Assembly (NCBI GenBank): GCA_965209055.1
Contig: OZ242374.1
Location: forward strand, 320,001 to 384,000
DNA: 64,000 nt
DNA from: Acidobacteriota bacterium
Lineage (GTDB): Bacteria; Acidobacteriota; UBA6911; RPQK01; JAJDTT01
Reading direction: 5' to 3'
Shown here: positions 10,423-19,100 of the stretch, in pieces
How the letters are laid out: every line of letters begins with the position of its first letter
Numbering within the stretch: the stretch's first letter is position 1
Program-made: the position numbers and the translations under genes
The notes under the pieces: generated by a model
The model's database searches: none
What the model was told of the DNA's origin: nothing
The model's input: the letters and a program-made list of their open reading frames with translations, nothing else

Positions 10423-11580
10423 ATGAACCGGGTGAGCAAGGACCTGGAAATCACGCTCGGGATCGAGGAGGAATTTTTTCTCGTCGACCCCGAGACCCGA
10501 GACCTGGTTGCCGATCCCGATCCGGCCATCTACGACGCCTGCGAGCGGAATCGAGGGCCGCACAAGGTGGTGACCGAGTTCCTCCGCTCCCAGATCGAGA
10601 CCAACACCCGGGTCTGCGCTTCCGTCGCAGAAGTCCGTGAGGCGTTGGTGGAGACCCGGCGCCTGGTGATCGAGGCCGCGTCGCAGCACGGCGCGGCGGT
10701 GCTGGCCGCGTCCACCCACCCCTTCGCGTCGTGGACGGCTCAGATGCCCACGCCCAAGAAAAGGTACGAGCGATTCGAGGTCACCTTCCAGGAGGCCGTG
10801 CGGCGGCTGCTCATCGGCGGCATGCACATCCACGCCGGCTTCGGCGATCCGGAGGAGCGGATCTGCGTCATGACCGCAATTCGCCAGTACCTGCCCCTGC
10901 TCCATGCGCTGTCCACGTCGTCCCCGTTCAACGCGGGACACCTCACTGGTTTCAAGTCGTATCGGCTCAGTCTGTTCGGTGTGCTCCCACGCACCAGCCT
11001 GCCCGCCCCCCTGTATTCCCGGGAGGAATACGACCGGCTCGTGGAGGACTACAAGCGCCTACAGTTCATCGAGGGCGCCAATGAGCTGTGGTGGGACATC
11101 CGGCCCGCCGACCTCCATCCCACGGTGGAGATGCGCATCTGCGACGTCTGTCCGCTCATCGACGATGCGGTCGGAATCGCGGCGCTCTACGCGTCGTTGA
11201 TCCGGTGGCTGCTGCGGCAGCATCGAGCCGGCGCCCTGCCCGCGGAGCCCCGCACCGAAATCATCGCCGAGAACCGCTGGCTGGCGCAGCGCTATGGAGC
11301 CTTCGCGTTCCTCGGGGACACTCGCCACGGCGGTCGCATGGACATCAACGACTATGCCCTGGGGTTGCTGGAGGAACTGGACGGCGACGCCGGCGCCCTC
11401 GGCTGCCGGGAGGAGTTGAGCCGCGTGTCCTCCATCATCCGGGAAGGCAGCGGCGCCGACCGGCAACTCGACCACTATCGCCTGGCTCGTCTGGAGGGGG
11501 CCACCAAGATGGAAGCCTTGGGTTCGGTGGTCGATCTGGTGATCGCCGAAACCCGCCACGGCGTCGACGCGGCCATTTGA
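10423..11580 (+). CDS. ybdK: Carboxylate-amine ligase (glutamate-cysteine ligase 2 family)
   Basis: TLGIEEEFFLVD, GMHIHAG, ALSTSSPF, WWDIRP, TVEMRICD. Confidence 0.9.
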   Translation: MNRVSKDLEITLGIEEEFFLVDPETRDLVADPDPAIYDACERNRGPHKVVTEFLRSQIETNTRVCASVAEVREALVETRRLVIEAASQHGAAVLAASTHPFASWTAQMPTPKKRYERFEVTFQEAVRRLLIGGMHIHAGFGDPEERICVMTAIRQYLPLLHALSTSSPFNAGHLTGFKSYRLSLFGVLPRTSLPAPLYSREEYDRLVEDYKRLQFIEGANELWWDIRPADLHPTVEMRICDVCPLIDDAVGIAALYASLIRWLLRQHRAGALPAEPRTEIIAENRWLAQRYGAFAFLGDTRHGGRMDINDYALGLLEELDGDAGALGCREELSRVSSIIREGSGADRQLDHYRLARLEGATKMEALGSVVDLVIAETRHGVDAAI

Positions 11581-11612
11581 GGGCGTCTGCCGGCCAGGGT
11601 CCGCCGAGCGCG

Positions 11613-12371
11613 TCAGCCGCGGCCGACGAGGGGCATCTTGGTCGCCATCACGGTCATGAACTGGACGTTGGCCTCCAGCGGCAGATCGGCCATGTAGACC
11701 ACCGCGTTGGCGATGTCCTCCACGTCCATGTAGGGCTCGACCATGACCGTCCCGTGCGCCTGCGGGAGTCCCTTCTCCGCCCTGCGGGTCATTTTCGTCA
11801 GCGCGTTTCCGATGTCGATCTGGCCGCAGGCGATGTTGTATTTTCGGCCGTCCAGGGAAGTGGACCGGGTCAGGCCGGTGATGGCGTGCTTGGTGGAGGT
11901 GTAGGGCGCCGAATTGACGCGGGGCACCTGGGCCGAGACCGAACCGTTGTTGATGATCCGCCCGCCCATGGGGTCCTGGCTCTTCATCATGCGGAACGCT
12001 TCCCGGGTGCAGAGGAAGGAGCCGGTCAGGTTGACATCGACCACGGCCTGCCACTGCTCGTAGGTCAGATCCTCCAGCAAGACCGCGGGAGCGGGAATCC
12101 CGGCGTTGTTGAAGAGCAGATCGAGCCGGCCGAAGGTTTCCCGGGTTTGCGAAAAGAGGTTCGAGACCGCTTCCGGGTCGCCGACGTCGGTGGAGACCGC
12201 CAGGGTTCGCGAGCCGCCGGTTTCCGCCAGGCGGACCGTTTCTTCCAAGGCGTCGAGCCGCCTTCCCGCCAGGACCACACTGTATCCGATACGCAGCAGA
12301 GCCCAGGTGGAGTGCCGGCCGATTCCCGATCCGGCGCCCGTGACGACGGCGATCTTTCCTTCGTTCTTCAT
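11613..12371 (-). CDS. SDR family oxidoreductase
   Basis: [13 protein letters not shown] and YTSTK catalytic motif. Confidence 0.92.
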   Translation of the reverse strand: MKNEGKIAVVTGAGSGIGRHSTWALLRIGYSVVLAGRRLDALEETVRLAETGGSRTLAVSTDVGDPEAVSNLFSQTRETFGRLDLLFNNAGIPAPAVLLEDLTYEQWQAVVDVNLTGSFLCTREAFRMMKSQDPMGGRIINNGSVSAQVPRVNSAPYTSTKHAITGLTRSTSLDGRKYNIACGQIDIGNALTKMTRRAEKGLPQAHGTVMVEPYMDVEDIANAVVYMADLPLEANVQFMTVMATKMPLVGRG

Positions 12372-12453
12372 GGTCTGAGTCCTTTTTGTCTGGGAAAGTT
12401 TCCTTGTCCGTCCGGGTGGCCAAGGCCGTCCGCCCGCCCCCGGTGATCGCGAA

Positions 12454-13326
12454 TCAACCCCAACGTTCGGGCGAGATGCCGGTGGCTTCCCTCGCCATGT
12501 TGTCCGGGCGGTTCGGCAGATCGAATTCGATGTTCCGCGTGTTGAGGCTCCCGAAATACTTGCGGACGGCCGGAGGGAGACCGGCCACCTTTTCCGGATC
12601 GCGCTCCGGAACGTCGTCGATGGGCCCCGCCCAAGTGGGGCGGTAGGCGATGGCCAGCATGCGGCGAACCCGGTCGCTGTAGTTGGGAAAGTTGGCGTGA
12701 AACACTTTCTGGTTGATGACCACCGCCGAGCCGGCGCGGCAGGTCACCATCACCTCGGCACTGTGGGACAGGTAGCGGTTGTAGGGGTTGGCGTCGCGAT
12801 GCAGCGACAAATGAGAGCGTGGGATCACCTTGAATGGGGAACACTCCGGTGTCAGGTCGTCCAGGTAGTAGAGGACGCGGACCAGGCAGGGCGAGCTGGC
12901 CTGGACCCCGAATATCTTGGAGCCGTAAGGCTGGGAATCGGTATGAATGGCGATTCCCGGGTGGCCGGGCCTGGACTCGGCATATTGGCAGGAGGTGCAG
13001 ATCAACTCGTCTCCGAAGAGCTCTCTGACGAACTCCACCGTGGCCGGCAGGCCGATCACCGAGGTGGCCCGGGGCGAGTCGGTCCACTGGAGATCGGGGC
13101 AACCCCGCTGATGGGGGCTGTAATCGACTGCCGTGGTGGGCACCCTGGAGGTTTCCTCCCGGATCTCCTCCATCATTTCCTTGCTCAGCAGATCCGGAAT
13201 GACGACGAAACCCTCCAACTCGATGGACCGAAACTGTTCGGCCCGGGTCAACCCGTACCAATGGCTTTCCGGGATCCGGTTCGCCCGCTCCAGACTTTCT
13301 CGACTGTTGGTGAATGAAGTGTCCAT
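12454..13326 (-). CDS. PhyH-family Fe(II)/2-oxoglutarate dioxygenase, copy 3
   Basis: EGFVVIP, HTD (HxD), VIPRSH, AGS...FH...N...R motifs. Confidence 0.88.
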   Translation of the reverse strand: MDTSFTNSRESLERANRIPESHWYGLTRAEQFRSIELEGFVVIPDLLSKEMMEEIREETSRVPTTAVDYSPHQRGCPDLQWTDSPRATSVIGLPATVEFVRELFGDELICTSCQYAESRPGHPGIAIHTDSQPYGSKIFGVQASSPCLVRVLYYLDDLTPECSPFKVIPRSHLSLHRDANPYNRYLSHSAEVMVTCRAGSAVVINQKVFHANFPNYSDRVRRMLAIAYRPTWAGPIDDVPERDPEKVAGLPPAVRKYFGSLNTRNIEFDLPNRPDNMAREATGISPERWG

Positions 13327-13395
13327 TTCTCTAACTATCCTCTCTTCGTTCTTCCCGGCCTGATTCTATAGCTGTCGGGGCAAGTCCGGTACATT

Positions 13396-14310
13396 TCACG
13401 CGAAAAACCGCGGCGTCCCGCGCCCAAAGCCCTGGTCGGCCCCCCAGCGCCGGGGCGAAATGCCCGGGGCAGCTCTGGCCATGTTGTCCGGACGGTTCGG
13501 AAAATCGAACCTGATCTTCCTGGTGTTGAGGCTCCTGAAGTATTTGCGGACGGCCGCGGGGAGGCCGGACACCTTGTCCGGGTCGCGTTCGGGAACCTCG
13601 TCGATGGGACCCGCCCAAGCGGGGCGGTAGGCGATGGCCAGCATGCGGCGGATCCGGTCGCTGTGGTTGGGGAAATTGCCGTGAAACACCTTCTGGTTGA
13701 TGATCACCGCCGAGCCGGCGCGGCAGGTCACCATCAGCTCATCGCCGTGGGAAAGGTAGCGGTTGTAGGGGTTGGCGTCGCTGTGCAGCGACACGTGGGA
13801 GCGCGGAATCACCTTGAAGGGGGAGCACTCCGGAGTCAGGTCGTCCAGGTAGTAGAGGACGCGGACCAGGCAGGGCGAACTGGTGAGGACTCCGGACGAC
13901 TGGTTCCCGTAGGGCTGGGCATCGGTGTGAATGGAGATTCCCGGGTGGCCCGGCCTGGATTCGGCGTAAGTGCACGAGGTGCAGATCAGGTCGTCGCCCA
14001 AGAGCTCTTCCAGGAGTTCGACCGCGGCCGGCAGCGCGACGACCGAGGTGGCGTGTGGCGAGCCGGTCCATTGCACATCGGGAAAGTACCGTTGATGCTC
14101 GCTGTAGTCGACCGCCGTCGTGGGGAGCCTGGAAGTCTCCTCGCGGATCTCCTCCACCAGTTCCTTGCTCAGCAGATCAGGAATGACGACGAAACCCTCC
14201 AGCTCGATGGAACGAAACTGCCGGGCCCGGGTCAGACCGGTCCAATGGCTCTCCGGGACGCGGTTCGCCCGTTCCAGGCTTTCCCGGCTGTTGGTGAAAG
14301 AGGTGTCCAT
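13396..14310 (-). CDS. PhyH-family dioxygenase, copy 2
   Basis: Same motifs; start set at the shared [11 protein letters not shown]. Confidence 0.88.
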   Translation of the reverse strand: MDTSFTNSRESLERANRVPESHWTGLTRARQFRSIELEGFVVIPDLLSKELVEEIREETSRLPTTAVDYSEHQRYFPDVQWTGSPHATSVVALPAAVELLEELLGDDLICTSCTYAESRPGHPGISIHTDAQPYGNQSSGVLTSSPCLVRVLYYLDDLTPECSPFKVIPRSHVSLHSDANPYNRYLSHGDELMVTCRAGSAVIINQKVFHGNFPNHSDRIRRMLAIAYRPAWAGPIDEVPERDPDKVSGLPAAVRKYFRSLNTRKIRFDFPNRPDNMARAAPGISPRRWGADQGFGRGTPRFFA

Positions 14311-14333
14311 TGCTCTACGAGTCCTGACTCGGA

Positions 14334-15206
14334 TCAGCTCCAGCGGTCGGTCGAAATGCCCGCGGCATGCCTCGCCATGTTGTCCGGACGGTTCGGCAGA
14401 TCGAACATGATTTTCCTCGTGTTGAGGCTCCTGAAGTATTTTCGGACGGCCGGAGGAAGGCCGGCCACCTTCTCCGGGTCCCGCTCCGGAACGTCGCCTG
14501 TCGGACCCGCCCAAGCGGGCCGGTAGGCAATGGCCAGCATGCGGCGGACCCGGTCGCTGTAGTTGGGGAAATTGCCGTGAAACACTCTCTGGTTGATGAT
14601 CACCGCCGAGCCGGCGCGGCAGGTCACCATCAACTCATCGTCGTGGGAGAGGTATTTGGTGTACGGGTTGGCGTCGCTGTGCAGCGACAGGTGGGAGCGT
14701 GGAATCACCTTGAAAGGGGAACGCTCCGGAGTCAGATCGTCCAGGTAGTAGAGGACGCGGACCAGGCAGGGCGAGCTGGACTGGACTCCGAAGATCTGGG
14801 ACCCGTAGGGCTGGGCGTCGGTGTGAATGGCGATTCCCGGATGGCCCGGCCCGGACTCGACGTACGAGCAGGAAGTGCAGATCAGCTCGTCGCCCAAGAG
14901 TTCTTCCAGGAACTCCACCGTGGCCGGCAGGGCAATCACCGAGGTGGCGTGGGGCGAGCCGGTCCACTGCACATCGGAAATGTATCGCTGGTGCTCGCTG
15001 TAGTCGACCGATGTGGTGGGAAGCTTGGAGGTCTCCTCGCGGATCTTCTCCATGAGTTCCTCGTCCAGCAGACTCGGAATCACGACGAAACCCTCCAACT
15101 CGAGGGAACGAAACTGCCGGGCCCGGGTCAGACTGGTCCAATGGCTCTCCGGGACGCGGTTCGCCCGCTCCAGGCTTTCCCGGCTGTTGGTGAACGAAGT
15201 GTCCAT
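14334..15206 (-). CDS. PhyH-family dioxygenase, copy 1
   Basis: Same motifs; start set at the shared [11 protein letters not shown]. Confidence 0.88.
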   Translation of the reverse strand: MDTSFTNSRESLERANRVPESHWTSLTRARQFRSLELEGFVVIPSLLDEELMEKIREETSKLPTTSVDYSEHQRYISDVQWTGSPHATSVIALPATVEFLEELLGDELICTSCSYVESGPGHPGIAIHTDAQPYGSQIFGVQSSSPCLVRVLYYLDDLTPERSPFKVIPRSHLSLHSDANPYTKYLSHDDELMVTCRAGSAVIINQRVFHGNFPNYSDRVRRMLAIAYRPAWAGPTGDVPERDPEKVAGLPPAVRKYFRSLNTRKIMFDLPNRPDNMARHAAGISTDRWS

Positions 15207-15407
15207 TGGACCCGCAGTTCCCGCCCGCCCGACATCCGGCGGTTCAAGGATCATTGCTCCGATCCGCGAACGCCTCCACGACGTTGGCGGCCTCCATTTT
15301 GCCAACGGGAAGCCGCGCCTGGCAATCTCCCCGCCGATACTCGCCGGATCCGCGGCTGACAGCAGGGACCCCATCCTTTACAATCCGCCGCTGGAGAAAG
15401 TGCCGCC

Positions 15408-16463
15408 GTGCCCCTAGTCCAAGCCGAAACCTTGCGCCGGATCGGCCACCAGTTGTTCGAGGCCGCCGGATGCGATCCCGAAGACGCCCGGGTCGTCACC
15501 CATCACCTGGTGGAGTCGAACCTCTTCGGCCACGACTCCCACGGGGTCATCCGCTACCCGGAATACATGGACGCCATCCGGACGGGGCGTTTCCAGGCCA
15601 AGGCCCAACCCAGGGTGGTGCGGGACCATCCCTCCTGCGCGGTGGTGGACGCCGCCGGCGCGCTGGGTCAGGTGGGCGCCGCCTTCGCCACCCGCCTGGC
15701 CATGGACAAGGCTTCCCGCCAGGGAGTGGCCGCGGTGGCGCTGCGGAACACGAGCCACGTGGGCCGGGTCGGGGCCTACCCGCTGATGGTGGGACGGGCC
15801 GGAATGATCGGCCAGGCCTTTGTCAACGGGGGCCGCTTCGGGAATCAGATCGCTCCCTTCGGTGGCATCGACGCGCGTCTCACCACCGATCCTCTGGCCT
15901 TCGCGGCGCCCCGGCGGGACGCGGAGCCCATCTTCCTGGACATGACCACGTCGGTGGCCGCCGAGGGCAAGGTGCGGGTCGCTTCCTACGCCGGAAAACA
16001 GGTGCCGGAAGGATGGCTCATCGATCACCATGGGCGCCCGACCACCGATCCCGACAGTTTTAGCGCCACGCCGAAAGGCGCCATTCTGCCCCTGGGAGGA
16101 ATCGCCTCTCACAAGGGCTACGGCATGAGCCTCATGGTGGAGCTTCTGGCCGGGACCTTGAGCGGCCAGGGCTGTTGTGTCGGAGAGTCGGAGATGGTCA
16201 GCAACGGCATGCTCCTGGCGGTCCACCGGATCGACCACTTCATCGACCCGGAGGACTACTACCAGGAGGTGGAGGCGCTGATCCGGTACGTGCGGTCGAG
16301 TCCTCCCGCGCCCGGCTTCAAGGAGATCCTGCTTCCGGGGGAGCCCGAGCTCCGGTCGGCCCGCCGAAGAGAAGCGGATGGAATCGACCTCGACGACAAG
16401 ACCTGGTCCCTCATCGGCGCGGACCTGGAACGCTTCGGCTTGCCCGTTCCGCCGGCCGGCTAG
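15408..16463 (+). CDS. Ldh_2 family (ComC/AllD/YbiC-type) NAD(P)-dependent hydroxyacid dehydrogenase
   Basis: GHDSHG, HVGRVG, LDMTTS, GKV, HKGYG, LLPGE motifs. Confidence 0.9.
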   Translation: MPLVQAETLRRIGHQLFEAAGCDPEDARVVTHHLVESNLFGHDSHGVIRYPEYMDAIRTGRFQAKAQPRVVRDHPSCAVVDAAGALGQVGAAFATRLAMDKASRQGVAAVALRNTSHVGRVGAYPLMVGRAGMIGQAFVNGGRFGNQIAPFGGIDARLTTDPLAFAAPRRDAEPIFLDMTTSVAAEGKVRVASYAGKQVPEGWLIDHHGRPTTDPDSFSATPKGAILPLGGIASHKGYGMSLMVELLAGTLSGQGCCVGESEMVSNGMLLAVHRIDHFIDPEDYYQEVEALIRYVRSSPPAPGFKEILLPGEPELRSARRREADGIDLDDKTWSLIGADLERFGLPVPPAG

Positions 16464-16490
16464 CACTCGTCTCAGGAAAGGAATGCCCCT

Positions 16491-17534
16491 TTGCCCAGAT
16501 TTTCCCCACAGGCTCTGAGGGAACTCGGCTATCGGCTCTTCCAGGCCGCGGGTTGCCGTTCGGAGGATGCCCGGGCCGTGGTGGACCACCTGGTGGAGTC
16601 GAGCCTCTTCGGCCACGATTCCCATGGAGCCATCCGGTTCTACGAGTACGCCCAAGGGATTCGCGACGGACGCTTCAATCCCGGCGCCCGGCCCAAGGTG
16701 GTCCGGGAGCGCCCCTGCTCGGCGGTGGTGGACGGAGGAGGCGCCCTGGGACAGGTGGGCGCCGCCTTCGCGACTCGCATCGCCATGGACAAGGCTCGGG
16801 ACCATGGCATGGCGACGGTCACGCTGCGCAACACCTGTCACATCGGCCGGGTGGGCACCTATCCGTTGATGGCCGCCCGGGCCGGCTTCATGGCCCAGCT
16901 CTTCGCCAACGCCGGCCACCTGGGGGCTCAGGTGATTCCCTTCGGGGGCCGGGAAGGGCGGCTGTCCACCAATCCAATGGCCTTCGCCGCTCCCCGCCGC
17001 GGCCACGAACCGCTGCTGTTGGACATGACCACCTCGGTGGTGGCCGAAGGGAAGGTCCGCGTGGCCATCAACCGCGGCGAGTCCATCCCCGAGGGTTGGG
17101 CCGTAGACGCCCAGGGCCGTTCCACCACCGATCCGAGGCAGGTCAAATCCGATCCGCCCGGGGCGCTCCTTCCGCTGGGTGGGGTGGTGGCTCACAAGGG
17201 CTACGGCCTGTCCATGATGGTGGAAATCATGGGAGGAGCCGTGGGCGGGGAGGGCTGCGCGGCCGGCGCCCCCAAGTTCGTCAGCAACGGAGTGCTCCTG
17301 ACCGTCTACCACATCGAGCACTTCACCGGCCTGGAGACCTACTACGACGAACTGGACGCCATGATCGCCCACGTTCGGACCAGCCGCCTGGCTCCCGGGT
17401 TCCAGGAGATCCTGCTTCCCGGCGAGCCCGAATTCCGGAGCGCCCGGAGGCGGGAGGCGGAAGGCATCGAGGTGGATGACGAGACCTGGGGTCAGATCCG
17501 CCAGCAGATGGAGTATTTCGGGGTCGGAGAGTAG
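16491..17534 (+). CDS. Ldh_2 family dehydrogenase, tandem paralog
   Basis: Same motifs; TTG start behind AGGAAAGGA. Confidence 0.9.
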   Translation: MPRFSPQALRELGYRLFQAAGCRSEDARAVVDHLVESSLFGHDSHGAIRFYEYAQGIRDGRFNPGARPKVVRERPCSAVVDGGGALGQVGAAFATRIAMDKARDHGMATVTLRNTCHIGRVGTYPLMAARAGFMAQLFANAGHLGAQVIPFGGREGRLSTNPMAFAAPRRGHEPLLLDMTTSVVAEGKVRVAINRGESIPEGWAVDAQGRSTTDPRQVKSDPPGALLPLGGVVAHKGYGLSMMVEIMGGAVGGEGCAAGAPKFVSNGVLLTVYHIEHFTGLETYYDELDAMIAHVRTSRLAPGFQEILLPGEPEFRSARRREAEGIEVDDETWGQIRQQMEYFGVGE

Positions 17535-17539
17535 GAGGG

Positions 17540-17554
17540 GGGACTGTTAGTCCC
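17540..17554 (+). repeat. Left att core, GGGACTGTTAGTCCC
   Basis: Identical to 29284-29298; internally symmetric GGGA-(7 nt)-TCCC. Confidence 0.88.
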
Positions 17555-17591
17555 AACTGTCCCACAGTCAACGACTACCGAACGTTAACGT

Positions 17592-17604
17592 TTTCAATAT
17601 GTTA
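17592..17604 (+). promoter_or_regulatory. IHF-like binding site in the left att arm
   Basis: TTTCAATATGTTA, one mismatch to WATCAANNNNTTR, between the core and the arm repeats. Confidence 0.5.
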
Positions 17605-17658
17605 CCGGGTTCTTCGCTGGACCGGTGAGGTGGTTGACTCCCTTTGTTTGACATGCTG

Positions 17659-17679
17659 AACAGGCAACAAACAGGCAGC
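17659..17679 (+). repeat. Putative integrase arm-type sites (left)
   Basis: Tandem AACAGGCA units; GGCAACAAACAGGCA (17663-17677) recurs exactly at 29175-29189. Confidence 0.7.
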
Positions 17680-17778
17680 TGAATCGGTTTCTGAAAGCCG
17701 ACGTGCCCGTTTTCCCCTTCCGTTGCCTGGCTCAGAGACCTTATCAATTGGGGATTATCCAGTTGACTTGACATATTC

Positions 17779-18021
17779 CTACGGAACCTCCTGGGATTTC
17801 GTCCGATAGGACCACGTTCTGTGCTTATGACCATGACCTATCAAGGTCAGACTCACCTGGCCAATCCCGCCATTGCGACACGCCTGAACGATGACCTCTT
17901 CGCGTAGCAACTCCTCCAACTTCTGTTCCAACAGGTCATAGATCTTGGGTGCTGCCGAGTCTGTAAGTTGTTCCCTGTTCCCCGATCCGACGGTTACCAC
18001 ATCGGCATGATCGTTCATCAT
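17779..18021 (-). CDS. Small hypothetical protein in the island
   Basis: 80-aa ORF with an AGGAG RBS; no recognised motif. Confidence 0.45.
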   Translation of the reverse strand: MMNDHADVVTVGSGNREQLTDSAAPKIYDLLEQKLEELLREEVIVQACRNGGIGQVSLTLIGHGHKHRTWSYRTKSQEVP

Positions 18022-18531
18022 CTCCTAGCCTTTCCCAAAGATTTCTTTGTGCCGAGCTGGTCTGCCGGAGGCCGAAGGTGTCCGGCTTCGAACGGCTCGG
18101 CATTCCCAAGAATCGGCATCCCCGGCAAGTGTACTACGGCACGGTGGGGAAGACCCGGCGCTACTTGGTGTTCAAACTGCCGATTGCCGTCGAGGACGAC
18201 CGGGTCGTCCTCGACGGTGTCGATCCGGAGCCTGTGGCCACCAAGGGTCTGCGCTCCTGGATAGCGGCGCACCGGCGGTGGAGGATCGCTCCGTCTCAGG
18301 TGTGATCGCGATGACCACTCTCGACCGCCGCAAAGGTTTTTGGAGACTCGTTTCGGGTGTGCGTCAAGGGGTCTCGCGCCCGATCCGGGAGTGTGAATGG
18401 GACATGGGGGGTGGATTCACAAAAAGCGGTCCCGGTGATTCACACCTCCGCTTTCCCCGATCTGTTTTCCTTTCAGTCAGTTACGGCCCCATGCCCTGGG
18501 GTCCGCGTGGCCGCTCCGGGAGATCGGAGGT

Positions 18532-18631
18532 GGACGGGAGCGACCCCCCCTTTTTGCTGCCCGGTGCGGGCGCGGGGGTGTTGCGCAATTCACATTTGCG
18601 CAACACCCCCTGGGGGGGGTCGCTCCCGTCC
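18532..18631. repeat. Nested perfect inverted repeats (19-bp outer stem, 15-bp inner stem)
   Basis: 18532-18550 pairs with 18613-18631; 18574-18588 pairs with 18596-18610 around the loop TTCACAT. Confidence 0.9.
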
Positions 18632-19100
18632 CAAATATCCTTGCAGGAAGGCCCGGAGAAACCCCGTCTGTGCGCTTCCACGCAAAGACCGGACCACAAA
18701 GAGAGTTGCTGACGCACCGGAGAGAGACCCCATGAAGTGTCGGTATCCGGTTCTGGTTCTGGCTGGTTTGGCGGTAGTGACCGGGCACTACCAACAATGA
18801 CCCCTTTACCGGGCCGGGAGACAATGCCGTGCAGAATCTGATCGCCTTTCAGGATCTTCCGTTCGTACCGTGATCCAGGTGTCGTATTCCGCGGTCTCGG
18901 GCATCAATGTTACGCTGGCCGGTGTTTTCCAGCAGCCAGGAAGCCGCCTTACGCTTGATGTCTCGCCAGAATCAATCGACGAACTTGGGGTAGAATTGGT
19001 CTTGGAGGCGTTCCGCGAGGTGCGAACGGACACCGCGCCTAGCCAAGCCTCTTGCGGACACTCGCAGTTCAACTGATTGTCCGGCATCCAAGGGAGGATC

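Noticed and set aside
16483-16493. Out-of-frame ATG suggesting a frameshift in the second Ldh_2 gene
   Set aside because: The in-frame TTG at 16491 has an RBS and aligns with the paralog's start.
18634-18646. ATATCCTTGC next to the hairpin as a MOBP nic site
   Set aside because: Does not match YATCCTG exactly and no relaxase is present; kept only as one hypothesis for the structured element.
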